A DNA stretch of 48,147 nt, from assembly GCA_965661935.1 (NCBI GenBank), contig CBFIFT010000002.1:1-48147 (forward strand), in the 5' to 3' direction. Numbering within the stretch: the first letter of the stretch is position 1; each line of letters opens with the position of its first letter. The notes below the pieces were generated by a model. The model was not told the DNA's origin and did not search any database. It saw nothing but the letters and a program-made list of their open reading frames with translations. A program made the translations under genes and the position numbers. This stretch comes from Burkholderiaceae bacterium. GTDB lineage: Bacteria; Pseudomonadota; Gammaproteobacteria; Burkholderiales; Burkholderiaceae_C. Shown here piece after piece: positions 38,416-48,147 of this stretch.

Positions 38416-38889
38416 TTAAGCGCCACGCATGGCGTCTTGCCCTTGAAGGACGGCTTTAACGATGTTTTGGTAGCCTGTGCAGCGACACAGATTGCCCTCG
38501 AGTCCATCGCGCACAGCGGCCTCATCCAACGGGGCTGAACTGCGCTCGACCAAGTTCACAGCGCTCATCACCATCCCCGTGGTGCAAAAGCCGCACTGCA
38601 AGCCATGGCAGTCTTTGAACGCCGCTTGCATGGGGTGCAATGTCCCGTCTGGCTCAGCCAGACCTTCAATCGTTGCAACCTCAGCGCCCTGAGCCTGAGC
38701 GGCCATCACCGAGCAAGACTTCACAGCACGCCCATTCATGATCACGGTGCAAGCGCCGCACTGCGATGTGTCACATCCAACGTGGGTGCCAGTGAGCCCC
38801 AATTGTTCGCGCAACATTTGTACCAACAAAGTGTTGCCCGCCACATCCGCGGATCGCTTCTTCCCGTTCACTGTCAGTTCGACTTGCAT
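38416..38889 (-). CDS. coxS: 2x[2Fe-2S] small subunit, CoxS/XDH family
   Basis: [11 protein letters not shown]...SC and QCGFC...CRC; AGGAG SD favours the ATG at 38889 over 38913. Confidence 0.93.
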   Translation of the reverse strand: MQVELTVNGKKRSADVAGNTLLVQMLREQLGLTGTHVGCDTSQCGACTVIMNGRAVKSCSVMAAQAQGAEVATIEGLAEPDGTLHPMQAAFKDCHGLQCGFCTTGMVMSAVNLVERSSAPLDEAAVRDGLEGNLCRCTGYQNIVKAVLQGQDAMRGA

Positions 38890-38990
38890 ACCCTGAATCT
38901 CCTCTGATGACATGGTTGACTTCTGTGCTTATCTTGGTGCCTATGGCGCAGGTGATAACTAGGGATAACCCGCGTTTGAAGCCGTGAATC

Positions 38991-39026
38991 AAAAAAAAAG
39001 CCAAAAGCCCTTGCGAGGCCTGTTGG
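38991..39026 (-). terminator. Imperfect intrinsic terminator upstream of coxS
   Basis: Minus strand CCAACAGGCCT-CGCA-AGGGCTTTTGG (two mismatches) then C and T9. Confidence 0.55.
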
Positions 39027-39413
39027 CACCCTATAAACAGGCTCAATCAGAGCGAGCGGTGCCTAGGCTGGGTCACAAATAGAGTCTCGTGGGTTACATC
39101 CGCGACAGCCAGCACACCAAAGTGACCAGGCATGGCTTCGCCCCGCATTGGCCCATGCTGGATGATTGTGGTGTCCGGTTTTGAATGGGCTTTGGGCTTG
39201 AGGGTTGGATACCCCTCGCAAGCCGCAGCCATCCAGCGGCACGACACCATGATGCACTGCGTGTCAGACGCGGTTTAGGCGTCAGTCAAGTCGCGTGGCG
39301 TGGGCTGGCAGATCACAAGCGCCACCGTCGAACGTGAGCGCGTACTCACCGCCCAGGATTCACCCAACATCCATGCTGCAGAATCTGGCACGCAGTGGTC
39401 GAACGCGAGCGGG

Positions 39414-39893
39414 TTATTGCAAAGTTTGTTTGGCAAACTCTGGGACGGGCAGCGCGATCACAGAGATACCCTCTTCCGCCAGCTCTTGAGCCTGCTCAGG
39501 GGATGTCTGACCCCGGATGGGTCGATCATCGGCCTCCCCTGCATGGATGGCCCTCGCCTCTTGAGCAAAACGCTCACCGACGTCCTCGGTTTGTCGCAAC
39601 ATCTCTCTGACCACATGCATGTATGCAGCCTGCAATTGGGCTGGCGATAAATCCGCAACCGATGGCGCTTCCGTTTGGGGGGCGGCCGATTCAGCTTGGG
39701 GAGCTGCCACATCAGCAGCTTGAGAGCGCTTGAGGTTGAGCCTTGGTGCACTCAACTTTTTTTCAACTTGCGTCTCGCCACAAATAGGACAGCTCAGCTG
39801 ACCTTGACGGTGCTGAGCCAAGTAGTCTTCCTCGCTGCCAAACCAGCCCTCAAAGACGTGATGTTGAGCACATTGAAGATCAAGAACTTTCAT
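39414..39893 (-). CDS. DUF1178 family protein
   Basis: DLQCAQHHVFEGWF, LSCPICG, TEDVGERFAQEARAIH, RPIRG. Confidence 0.9.
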   Translation of the reverse strand: MKVLDLQCAQHHVFEGWFGSEEDYLAQHRQGQLSCPICGETQVEKKLSAPRLNLKRSQAADVAAPQAESAAPQTEAPSVADLSPAQLQAAYMHVVREMLRQTEDVGERFAQEARAIHAGEADDRPIRGQTSPEQAQELAEEGISVIALPVPEFAKQTLQ

Positions 39894-39900
39894 GGCTGAA

Positions 39901-40503
39901 TTATCGCCATTGAGGAGACCATTCGCCAGCGCGCCAGTCGCATAGCCACATCAGACCAGCCAGTGTTTTGCTGTCACAGATGACCCCGCTGTGGACCAGT
40001 GCCTTGAGTTCGCTCACCTCAGCCGCGCACACTTCGAGCAGTTCGCCTTCATCGCGCTCGGTGTGCCCAGCCACCAGGTCTGTGGCGAGCCACATGTCAA
40101 TGCGCTCATCCGAATACGCGATGGCAGGCGCCACCTCTCCCATGTGCGCCCAACGCTTTGCAGCAAACCCCGTCTCCTCGCGCAGCTCGCGCTGAGCGCC
40201 CAGCAATCGGCTTTCGCCCGCATCCAACTTGCCCGCCGGGAACTCAATCACCACCTGTCCCAAGGGGTGGCGATATTGCAGCTCAACAACCACTCGACCG
40301 TCACTCAGAACCGGAACGATCATCACCGCCCCGGGGTGCAAAATCATCTCTCGAGTCGCATTCTGGCCGTCGGCCAGCGCCACTTGATCACGCACCACGT
40401 GCAACAAATTACCTTTGTAAACCGGTTCGCGCGAGACCGGGCGTTCATGCAAATGGGTCAAATCGGCCCTTAACATCTCGCTGAGTGCAGGTAGCGATGT
40501 CAT
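39901..40503 (-). CDS. NUDIX hydrolase (ADP-ribose pyrophosphatase-like)
   Basis: HPGAV, EFPAGKLDAGE...AQRELREETG Nudix box, DSKT; start uncertain. Confidence 0.92.
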   Translation of the reverse strand: MTSLPALSEMLRADLTHLHERPVSREPVYKGNLLHVVRDQVALADGQNATREMILHPGAVMIVPVLSDGRVVVELQYRHPLGQVVIEFPAGKLDAGESRLLGAQRELREETGFAAKRWAHMGEVAPAIAYSDERIDMWLATDLVAGHTERDEGELLEVCAAEVSELKALVHSGVICDSKTLAGLMWLCDWRAGEWSPQWR

Positions 40504-40526
40504 GGGTTGGTGAGCGCGAGAGGGTA

Positions 40527-40820
40527 TCAGTGCCGCCAAAGGTAGCGGTACACGAAACCCGGAAACGCAAGTGTCAGATAAAGAAAGCCCGTGGTCGCGT
40601 AGAACTCCCACGTCTGCGGCGCCACCTGTCCCGATGCGTTTTCAAGGTAAAGCCCCACGCCGCCCACGACAAAGTACCCAATCAACATCTCGATGAGCCG
40701 CCAAACCATCGATTTGTCGGCGACAGCGGCAAATAGAAACAAACGCTGGCTCAAGAACGGCCAATTGGCGAATGCCAACGCCAACGCCAAGATAAGATAG
40801 ACCTGCTGAGTGGTATCCAT
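40527..40820 (-). CDS. DUF2818 family membrane protein
   Basis: ANWPFLSQR, QTWEFYA, FPGFVYRYL; usual position after nuoN in Burkholderiales. Confidence 0.85.
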   Translation of the reverse strand: MDTTQQVYLILALALAFANWPFLSQRLFLFAAVADKSMVWRLIEMLIGYFVVGGVGLYLENASGQVAPQTWEFYATTGFLYLTLAFPGFVYRYLWRH

Positions 40821-40830
40821 GTTGACGGCT

Positions 40831-42309
40831 TTATGCGAGCAAGCGCGCAATGGCTTGCGCGCAAAGGGCCATCAACCCCCCTGGCAAAATTCCCAGAGCC
40901 AACATGGTCAACACGTTCAGCGACAAAACGCGCTGAGGGAAGGCAGACACATGCAGCGCATCGGACTGCGTGGGCTGATCAAAGTACATCACCTTGATGA
41001 CCCGCAGGTACGGGAACGCGCCGATCAGCGACAGCATCACGGCAAAAACCGCGAGCCACAAATAGCCGTCTCCGACAGCCAGCACCGACTGCAGCACAGC
41101 CAATTTGGCGTAAAAACCCACAAGAGGTGGCAAGCCAGCCAAAGACCACATGCAAGCAGCCACAACACCAGCAAGCCAAGGGGTGCGCTGATTGAGCCCT
41201 GCCAAATCAGAGATATTTTCTGCCTCAAAGCCAGTTTTGCTCATCATGAGCATGGCCCCAAAAATTGCCAGCGTGGTCAGGACATAAGTCACCACATAGA
41301 ACATGGTGGCGCTGTATGCGTTGAGCGCATTGGACGCATCCATGCCAGTGACACCACCCACCAGACCCAACAAAATGAAGCCCACTTGGGAGATTGTCGA
41401 GAACGCCAGCATGCGCTTGAAACTCGTTTGCATGATGGCCGCCAAGTTGCCAACCAGCAAAGAGGCAACAGACAGAACAATGGCCATTTGCTGCCAATCA
41501 GCAGACAAAGGCAACATGCCTTCGACCAGCAGACGCATGGCGATCGCGAAGGCCGCCAGTTTGGGGGCTGCAGCAATCAACAAGGTGACCGATGTCGGCG
41601 CGCCTTCATAGACATCCGGAACCCATGAGTGAAATGGTGCAGCTCCCAACTTAAACGCCAGACCTGCGACGATAAACACAGTCCCCAGCGCCAACACCCG
41701 TTGGTCCACCTCGCCGCGAGCCAATCGAGTAGACACCTCGGCTAGGTCAAGTGAACCTGTGGCACCGTAGAGCATGGACATGCCATAAAGCATGAAACCA
41801 CTGGCCATGGCACCCAAGACAAAGTACTTCATGGCAGCTTCAGTGGCTCGCGCATGGTCACGGCGCAAAGCCACCATGGCATAGCTGGAGAGCGTGAGCA
41901 ACTCAAGGCCCATGTAAATCACCAAGAAGTTGTGACCACCCATCATCACAAACATCCCGAGCAAGGCAAACAATGCCAAGGTGTGCATCTCTGCCCCCCT
42001 CAGCATGCCGCGGTCAGCCGAGTATTGGCGCCCGTAAATCAAGGTCAACATGACTGACAGCGCGGCGAAGCACTTGAGCCAATTGCCCATGGGGTCTGAA
42101 ACCACCATGGTTCCAAAACCAAACAGAACCTCGCCCTGCGTGGCATACAACGCCTGCACTGCCGCCACACCCGCTAGCGTGAGAAGCGTCAATGTGAAAG
42201 TGAGCGGGCGCGAGGTGGCCTTGAGCGACACATCGGCCAACAAGATGACGCAAGCCATCACCAAAAGAAAGATTTCGGGGTACACAACGACCCAGCTAAT
42301 TTGATCCAT
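40831..42309 (-). CDS. nuoN: NADH-quinone oxidoreductase subunit N
   Basis: EAAMKYFVLG, FKLGAAPFHSWVPDVYEGAP, KRMLAFS. Confidence 0.97.
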   Translation of the reverse strand: MDQISWVVVYPEIFLLVMACVILLADVSLKATSRPLTFTLTLLTLAGVAAVQALYATQGEVLFGFGTMVVSDPMGNWLKCFAALSVMLTLIYGRQYSADRGMLRGAEMHTLALFALLGMFVMMGGHNFLVIYMGLELLTLSSYAMVALRRDHARATEAAMKYFVLGAMASGFMLYGMSMLYGATGSLDLAEVSTRLARGEVDQRVLALGTVFIVAGLAFKLGAAPFHSWVPDVYEGAPTSVTLLIAAAPKLAAFAIAMRLLVEGMLPLSADWQQMAIVLSVASLLVGNLAAIMQTSFKRMLAFSTISQVGFILLGLVGGVTGMDASNALNAYSATMFYVVTYVLTTLAIFGAMLMMSKTGFEAENISDLAGLNQRTPWLAGVVAACMWSLAGLPPLVGFYAKLAVLQSVLAVGDGYLWLAVFAVMLSLIGAFPYLRVIKVMYFDQPTQSDALHVSAFPQRVLSLNVLTMLALGILPGGLMALCAQAIARLLA

Positions 42310-42318
42310 ATCTTTCGC

Positions 42319-43794
42319 TCAATTCAGTTTGGATTGGGCCACGTGAGCCAACAACTCGGCCACCGATGGGTTGATGATGTCGGTCATGGGTTTGGGATAA
42401 ATGCCCATAGCCAAGACCGCAACCGCCAGCAACACCATCACGGTCATTTCACGGGCGTTGATGTCGTTCAATTGGGCAACATTCTCATTTTGGACCGCTC
42501 CCAAGTAGACGCGTTTGAACATCCACAAGGTGTAAGCGGCACCAAAAATCAACGCAGTTGCAGCCGCCAAACCCAACCAGAAGTTGGCCTCGACTGCACC
42601 CAAAATAACCATCCACTCGCCAACAAAGCCAGCGGTACCTGGGAGGCCACAATTGGCCATTGAGAAGAGCAGTGCGAATGCAGCGAACTTGGGCATGGTG
42701 TTCATGACGCCACCATAAGCGGCAATGTCGCGCGAATGCACGCGGTCATACAAGACGCCAATAGACAAGAACATCGCTGCCGACACAAAGCCGTGGGCAA
42801 TCATTTGGACGACTGCACCGGTGACGCCCATCTCAGAGAAGATGAAAAAGCCAAGGGTGACAAAACCCATGTGAGCCACCGATGAATAAGCCACCAGCTT
42901 CTTCATATCGGTTTGCACCATGGCAACCAAACCCACGTAGATGACCGCGACCAAAGACAGCCCGATCATCAGGCCCGCCCACTCGTGCGAGGCATCTGGA
43001 GCGATAGGCAACGAAAAGCGCAAGAAACCGTAGGCGCCTAGCTTCAACATGATGGCGGCCAATACAGCTGAACCTCCGGTTGGCGCTTCCACGTGAACAT
43101 CGGGCAACCAAGTGTGCACAGGCCACATGGGTACCTTGACAGCGAACGCTGCAAAAAAGGCAAAGAACAGCAGCGTCTGAGGCGTTTGTCCCAGAGGCAG
43201 GGCATGCCAGGTGGCCAAGTCAAAGCTGCCGCCAGACGCGTTGTACAGGTAGATCAACGCGATCAACATCAGCAAGGAGCCCAGCAAGGTGTACAAAAAG
43301 AATTTGTACGCAGCGTAGATCTTGTTTGGCCCGCCCCAAATACCGATGATCAAGTACATCGGGATCAGGGTCGCTTCGAAGAACACATAAAACAACATGC
43401 CATCTAAGCTCGTGAAGACGCCAATCATCAGGCCAGAAAGAATCAAAAACGCGCCCATGTATTGGTGCACCCGCTCTGTGATTACTTCCCAACCTGCTAT
43501 CACAACGATGACGGTGATAAACGCCGTCAAGATGACCAGCCAGAACGAAATGCCGTCTACGCCAAGGTGGTAGTGCATCTGAAAGCGCTCAATCCAAGGC
43601 GCCTTTTCTACAAACTGCATGCCAGCGGCGCCAACTTCGAAGGCGCTGAACATTGGCAAAGTCACCAAAAAACTCACCAGCGCACCGATGAGCGCCACTC
43701 GACGAACCCAAACTTGATTGTTATCGCTGCCAAGAGCTAACAGCAGGATCCCGAAAACGATGGGAACCCATATCGTGAGGCTCAGTAAACCCAT
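42319..43794 (-). CDS. nuoM: NADH-quinone oxidoreductase subunit M
   Basis: GVDGIS, KVPMWPVHTWLPDVHVEAPTGGS, KKLVAYSSVAHMG; AAGGAG SD before the ATG at 43794. Confidence 0.98.
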   Translation of the reverse strand: MGLLSLTIWVPIVFGILLLALGSDNNQVWVRRVALIGALVSFLVTLPMFSAFEVGAAGMQFVEKAPWIERFQMHYHLGVDGISFWLVILTAFITVIVVIAGWEVITERVHQYMGAFLILSGLMIGVFTSLDGMLFYVFFEATLIPMYLIIGIWGGPNKIYAAYKFFLYTLLGSLLMLIALIYLYNASGGSFDLATWHALPLGQTPQTLLFFAFFAAFAVKVPMWPVHTWLPDVHVEAPTGGSAVLAAIMLKLGAYGFLRFSLPIAPDASHEWAGLMIGLSLVAVIYVGLVAMVQTDMKKLVAYSSVAHMGFVTLGFFIFSEMGVTGAVVQMIAHGFVSAAMFLSIGVLYDRVHSRDIAAYGGVMNTMPKFAAFALLFSMANCGLPGTAGFVGEWMVILGAVEANFWLGLAAATALIFGAAYTLWMFKRVYLGAVQNENVAQLNDINAREMTVMVLLAVAVLAMGIYPKPMTDIINPSVAELLAHVAQSKLN

Positions 43795-43807
43795 GCTCTC
43801 GTACTCC

Positions 43808-45832
43808 TTATTTAGCCAGCCAGACAAATGTTGTCAGCAGCACAAAAATGCCCAACAACATGGTCAACGCATAGTGGGTGATCAAACCGCTTTGCATGCC
43901 ACGCACCCACGCAGCCAAACGCCCAATCAACTTCCAGCTGGCGTTGACAACGCCCGCTTCGATGACGCCTTGATCGCCTGCGCGCCAGAGGCCAACACCC
44001 AAGCCACGCGCGGCCTTAGCCAGCACGTTCTCATTGAACCAGTCCATGTAGTACTTGTTCTCCAACACCACAACCAGTGGGCGAAACCACCGCGCCAAAG
44101 TCGCTGGCACGGCGGGGTTAATCAAATACATGTACCAAGCCGAAACGACGCCACCCAATGCCAACCAAAACGGCCACGTCGTCAACCCGTGAACCGCCAT
44201 CGCCATCGGGCCGTGGAACATTTCGCTTAACTCACTCATGGCCGGGTGTTTGGCAGCGTCAACAAAAATCGCGCCGTCAAAGAACCCCGAATGCAACATG
44301 GGGTCGATCGTGAAGTAGCCAATCAACACCGATGGGATCGCCAGCAACACCAGCGGCAACGTCACCACCCAAGGCGACTCATGGGGCTTGCCATCGCCAT
44401 GACCATGGCCGTGGCCATGGTCGTCCCCATGGTGAGCGTGTGGGTCTTGGTCATAGCGCTCCTTGCCGTGGAAGACAATGAAGTAAAGCCGGAAACTGTA
44501 GAACGCTGTGATGAACACGCCGGCAAGCACGGCAAAATTTGCAAACCCCGAAGCCGGCAACTGACTCGCGTGTACCGCTTCAATGATCGAGTCTTTCGAA
44601 TAGAACCCAGAGAACAGAGGCGTGCCAATCAGCGCCAACGAACCCAGCAAAGAAGTGACCCAGGTGATAGGCATGTATTTCTTCACATTGCCCATGTAGC
44701 GAATGTCTTGGTTGTGATGCAAGCCCATGATCACCGAACCCGCAGCCAAGAAGAGCAGGGCTTTGAAAAAAGCGTGGGTCATGAGGTGGAACACAGCCAC
44801 CGAGTATGCAGACACACCCAAGGCGACGGTCATGTAGCCCAGCTGGGACAACGTCGAATAAGCAACGACCCGCTTGATATCGTTTTGTATGATGCCCATG
44901 AAACCCATGAACAATGCAGTGATCGCGCCTATCACCAGCACAAAATTCAGTGCAACGTCGCTGAGTTCAAACAGAGGCGACATACGCGCCACCATAAAAA
45001 TGCCTGCCGTGACCATGGTTGCAGCATGAATCAGTGCCGAAATGGGTGTGGGGCCTTCCATCGAATCTGGCAGCCACACATGCAGCGGAAATTGGGCTGA
45101 TTTGCCCATCGCGCCGATGAACAAGCAAATGCAGATCACCGTCACCAGCATCCAATCCGTACCCGGAAAGCTCAGCGCAGCCACTTGTTCAGATTGCGCA
45201 AAAACCTCGGTGTAGTTCAAGGACCCCGTGTAGGCCGCAACCAAGCCGATGCCCAGGATGAAACCAAAGTCACCCACTCGGTTCACCAGGAATGCCTTCA
45301 TGTTGGCAAACACTGCAGTTGAGCGGGTGTACCAAAAGCCGATCAACAGATATGAGACCACACCCACGGCCTCCCAGCCGAAGAACAACTGCAGCATGTT
45401 GTTGCTCATGACGAGCATCAGCATAGAGAAGGTGAACAGCGAGATGTATGAAAAGAACCGGTTATAGCCTTCGTCTTCTGCCATGTAGCCCATGGTGTAG
45501 ATGTGCACCATGAGTGACACAAAAGTCACCACACACATCATCATGGCACTCAGCGGGTCGATCAAAAAGCCAACTTCCATTTTTAAGTCGCCAATGACCA
45601 TCCACTCATAGATGGTTGCATTGAAGCGCGCGCCGTGTTCGACCACCGACCACAAGGTCATGGCCGACAACACAAAGGCTAGCGCCACACCCAAGATCGT
45701 GATGGAGTGCGTCGCTTTGCGACCGACCAAGTTGCCACCCAATCGGGTACCAAAGACGCCGGCAATGATGGAGCCCAGCAGTGGGGCGAGTGGAATGGCC
45801 AGCAGCGTGCTAGCGGACAACGTGTTGCTCAT
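43808..45832 (-). CDS. nuoL: NADH-quinone oxidoreductase subunit L
   Basis: GKSAQFPLHVWLPDSMEGPTPISALIHAATMV, HAFFKALLFL. Confidence 0.98.
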   Translation of the reverse strand: MSNTLSASTLLAIPLAPLLGSIIAGVFGTRLGGNLVGRKATHSITILGVALAFVLSAMTLWSVVEHGARFNATIYEWMVIGDLKMEVGFLIDPLSAMMMCVVTFVSLMVHIYTMGYMAEDEGYNRFFSYISLFTFSMLMLVMSNNMLQLFFGWEAVGVVSYLLIGFWYTRSTAVFANMKAFLVNRVGDFGFILGIGLVAAYTGSLNYTEVFAQSEQVAALSFPGTDWMLVTVICICLFIGAMGKSAQFPLHVWLPDSMEGPTPISALIHAATMVTAGIFMVARMSPLFELSDVALNFVLVIGAITALFMGFMGIIQNDIKRVVAYSTLSQLGYMTVALGVSAYSVAVFHLMTHAFFKALLFLAAGSVIMGLHHNQDIRYMGNVKKYMPITWVTSLLGSLALIGTPLFSGFYSKDSIIEAVHASQLPASGFANFAVLAGVFITAFYSFRLYFIVFHGKERYDQDPHAHHGDDHGHGHGHGDGKPHESPWVVTLPLVLLAIPSVLIGYFTIDPMLHSGFFDGAIFVDAAKHPAMSELSEMFHGPMAMAVHGLTTWPFWLALGGVVSAWYMYLINPAVPATLARWFRPLVVVLENKYYMDWFNENVLAKAARGLGVGLWRAGDQGVIEAGVVNASWKLIGRLAAWVRGMQSGLITHYALTMLLGIFVLLTTFVWLAK

Positions 45833-45851
45833 GCGAATACTTCTCTCAGAA

Positions 45852-46160
45852 TCAACCCTTGAGCTCGTTGAGCTCTTGCACGTCGATGGTGGACTTGTTG
45901 CGGAACAACAAAACCAAAATTGCCAAACCGATCGCTGACTCTGCAGCCGCCACGGTCAGGATGAAAAAGACGAACACCTGTCCGTGCATGTCGCCCAAAT
46001 AGGACGAGAACGCCACAAAGTTGGTATTCACGGCCAACAGCATCAACTCAATCGCCATCAACAGCACGATGAGGTTTTTGCGATTCATGAAAATGCCAAC
46101 AATCGAAATGGCAAACAAGGCTGCGCCCAAAGTTAAGAAATGCCCCAAACTCAAACTCAT
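45852..46160 (-). CDS. nuoK: NADH-quinone oxidoreductase subunit K
   Basis: [22 protein letters not shown]. Confidence 0.97.
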   Translation of the reverse strand: MSLSLGHFLTLGAALFAISIVGIFMNRKNLIVLLMAIELMLLAVNTNFVAFSSYLGDMHGQVFVFFILTVAAAESAIGLAILVLLFRNKSTIDVQELNELKG

Positions 46161-46783
46161 GATGAAGCCTCCGGTGTGTCAGCCTGGGCCGGTTTGGGTG
46201 GCACCACAGCGTCCATCTTGACGACGCGCAAACGCTCTGATTTTTTGGCCAAAACTTGCTCTGAAGCATGCATAAACTTGCTGTCCTTGCGCTGCCTCAA
46301 GGTCAACGCAATGGCCGAAATAATGGCGACCAACAGCAAGACCGCGGCGATTTCTAGTGGGTACAAATACTCGGTGTAAAGCAGCATACCGAGTGCTTTG
46401 GTGTTCGACCCCTCCATCAGCACAGGCTCGGTCACCTGACCAAAGTCACCCTGCACGATCAGGCCAATTTCAACCGCCATCAATGCGCCGAGCAAAGCGG
46501 CCAAGGGGAGGTTCTTCCAAAAGCCCTCGCGCATGGCATCCACATTGATGTCTAGCATCATGACGACGAACAAAAACAACACCATGACGGCGCCCAGATA
46601 AACCAGCACCAAAGTGATGGCTAGAAACTCAGCGCGCAGCAACATCCAGATCATTGAGGCCTGAAAAAAGGCCAACATCAAAAACAGGGTTGCGTGCACC
46701 GTGTTGCGCGCAGTGATGACGCGAAACGCCGATACCAGCAGCACAGCCGAAAATACATAAAAGAGTCCAGTGATCCAATCCAT
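46157..46783 (-). CDS. nuoJ: NADH-quinone oxidoreductase subunit J
   Basis: [32 protein letters not shown]. Confidence 0.96.
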   Translation of the reverse strand: MDWITGLFYVFSAVLLVSAFRVITARNTVHATLFLMLAFFQASMIWMLLRAEFLAITLVLVYLGAVMVLFLFVVMMLDINVDAMREGFWKNLPLAALLGALMAVEIGLIVQGDFGQVTEPVLMEGSNTKALGMLLYTEYLYPLEIAAVLLLVAIISAIALTLRQRKDSKFMHASEQVLAKKSERLRVVKMDAVVPPKPAQADTPEASS

Positions 46784-46801
46784 GATCTAGTCCTTCTGTC
46801 C

Positions 46802-47338
46802 TCAGCGGTACTTGGCATCCGCAGCTTTGGCAGCCGCGATGTCTTTTTCGTAACGATCACCAATGGCCAAAAGCATGTCTTTGGTGAAATACAAATCACC
46901 TCGCTCTTCGCCGTGGTATTCAAAGATTTGCGTCTCAACAATCGAGTCAACCGGGCAGCTCTCTTCACAAAAGCCGCAGAAAATACACTTGGTCAAATCG
47001 ATGTCATAACGCGTCGTTCGGCGAGAGCCATCCGCCTCGCGCTCACCCGCTTCGATGGTGATAGCCATCGCTGGGCAGACCGCTTCACAGAGCTTGCACG
47101 CAATGCAGCGCTCTTCGCCATTGTCGTAACGGCGCAAAGCATGCAACCCCCGAAACCGAGGCGACAAAGGGGTTTTTTCTTCAGGGTACTGAATCGTCAC
47201 TTTTCGTGCGAACAGGTAACGACCCGTCAACGCCATGCCTTTGAGCAACTCCAAAAGCATGAAGCTCGAGAAGAAGTCTCGCAATGAGAAGGCGCCTTGA
47301 GAAGAGGACTTGTTGGAGGATTGAATAGCAGCAGACAT
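46802..47338 (-). CDS. nuoI: NADH-quinone oxidoreductase subunit I
   Basis: [12 protein letters not shown] and [12 protein letters not shown] 4Fe-4S motifs. Confidence 0.98.
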   Translation of the reverse strand: MSAAIQSSNKSSSQGAFSLRDFFSSFMLLELLKGMALTGRYLFARKVTIQYPEEKTPLSPRFRGLHALRRYDNGEERCIACKLCEAVCPAMAITIEAGEREADGSRRTTRYDIDLTKCIFCGFCEESCPVDSIVETQIFEYHGEERGDLYFTKDMLLAIGDRYEKDIAAAKAADAKYR

Positions 47339-47344
47339 TTCAGC

Positions 47345-48147
47345 TTAATCCCAAATGTTGAAGGGCGTTTGCATCCACAGCCCGACCACCAAGAGCCAAA
47401 CCAGTGTCACAGGGATAAATATTTTCCAGCCCAAGCGCATGATCTGGTCGTAGCGGTAACGCGGGAAAGTTGCTCTCACCCAGATGAACATGGAAACCAT
47501 GAAGAAGGTCTTGATTCCCAACCATATCCAGCCGGGGATCCAATTGAATGGGGCAAAGTCAAACGGCGGCAACCACCCGCCTAGGAACATCAACGCGGCA
47601 AGAATGGACACCAACCACATGGCTGCGTACTCAGCCAAGAAGAAGATGGCGAAGCCCATACCCGAATATTCGACCATGTGGCCAGCGACGATTTCAGATT
47701 CACCCTCAACGACGTCAAACGGATGGCGGTTGGTTTCGGCCACACCTGAAATCATGAAGACCACAAAAATAGGCAGCAATGGCAACCAATTCCAAGACAG
47801 AATGCCGACACCACGATCACTGAACCAACCCTGACCTTGCGCAGCGACCACATCGCCCAAATTCATGCTGCCGCTCACCATGATCACCACGACGAGACAG
47901 AAACCCATTGCGATCTCGTAGCTCACCATTTGAGCCGACGCCCTCAGCGCGCCCAAAAACGGGTACTTAGAGTTCGATGCCCAGCCAGCAATGATGACGC
48001 CATAAACTTCGATCGAAGTGATGGCCATGATCAACAACAGACCAGCGTTGACGTTGGCAATCACGGCCTCTGGCCCGAAAGGAATCGCCACCCAAGCCGC
48101 CAGTGCAGGCATGATCGCCATGATTGGCGCTAGGCGAAACAGGCCTT
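47345..48147 (-). CDS. nuoH: NADH-quinone oxidoreductase subunit H (5' end outside the window)
   Basis: [36 protein letters not shown]; frame open to the window edge. Confidence 0.97.
   Translation of the reverse strand, partial: GLFRLAPIMAIMPALAAWVAIPFGPEAVIANVNAGLLLIMAITSIEVYGVIIAGWASNSKYPFLGALRASAQMVSYEIAMGFCLVVVIMVSGSMNLGDVVAAQGQGWFSDRGVGILSWNWLPLLPIFVVFMISGVAETNRHPFDVVEGESEIVAGHMVEYSGMGFAIFFLAEYAAMWLVSILAALMFLGGWLPPFDFAPFNWIPGWIWLGIKTFFMVSMFIWVRATFPRYRYDQIMRLGWKIFIPVTLVWLLVVGLWMQTPFNIWD

Noticed and set aside
38960-38977. I-SceI site (TAGGGATAAC...)
   Set aside because: Only the first 10 of 18 bases match; no sign of engineering
39047-39650. Short ORFs in the DUF1178-coxS gap (39047-39250, 39063-39257, 39300-39650)
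   Set aside because: No SD or family motifs; they overlap one another or DUF1178
44390-44445. CCATGG/CCGTGG hexamer-like repeats
   Set aside because: They encode the His/Gly-rich loop common in betaproteobacterial NuoL; not a separate repeat element
1-48147. CRISPR arrays, rRNA, transposases, prophage genes
   Set aside because: No spaced direct-repeat array or corresponding motifs seen; nearly all sequence is accounted for by identified genes

Overview
A gene-dense core-chromosome segment of a betaproteobacterium; gene order and protein sequences resemble Comamonadaceae/Burkholderiales. Almost all genes are on the minus strand. From left to right: etfB (with LiuR- and FadP-type operators), an MscS channel, an enoyl-CoA hydratase, an HDAC-family deacetylase, mltB plus a TIGR02450-type gene, a three-gene circularly permuted ATP-grasp / alpha-E / transglutaminase operon under a sigma-54 promoter with two NtrC-type boxes, comEC, a RidA-family gene, a complete thiosulfate-oxidation cluster (ArsR regulator-soxCDYZAXB), a frameshifted NYN-like gene, queC-queD-queE with a triple-domain QueD, tRNA-Pro(GGG), the thrS-infC(ATC start)-rpmI-rplT-pheST-ihfA-merR block, crcB, a form II coxSLM-DEG-xdhC molybdoenzyme cluster, a ~520 bp strongly structured intergenic region, DUF1178/NUDIX/DUF2818 genes and nuoH-N. 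I saw no integrase, transposase, phage gene or CRISPR array. The best leads are: (1) the single-chain triple QueD whose repeats carry complementary halves of the active site; (2) the nitrogen-controlled, nearly leaderless ATP-grasp peptide-ligase operon lacking its usual peptidase; (3) a candidate terminator/antiterminator RNA switch upstream of the form II cox genes. All family assignments come from recognising motifs by eye; no database searches or folding programs were run.
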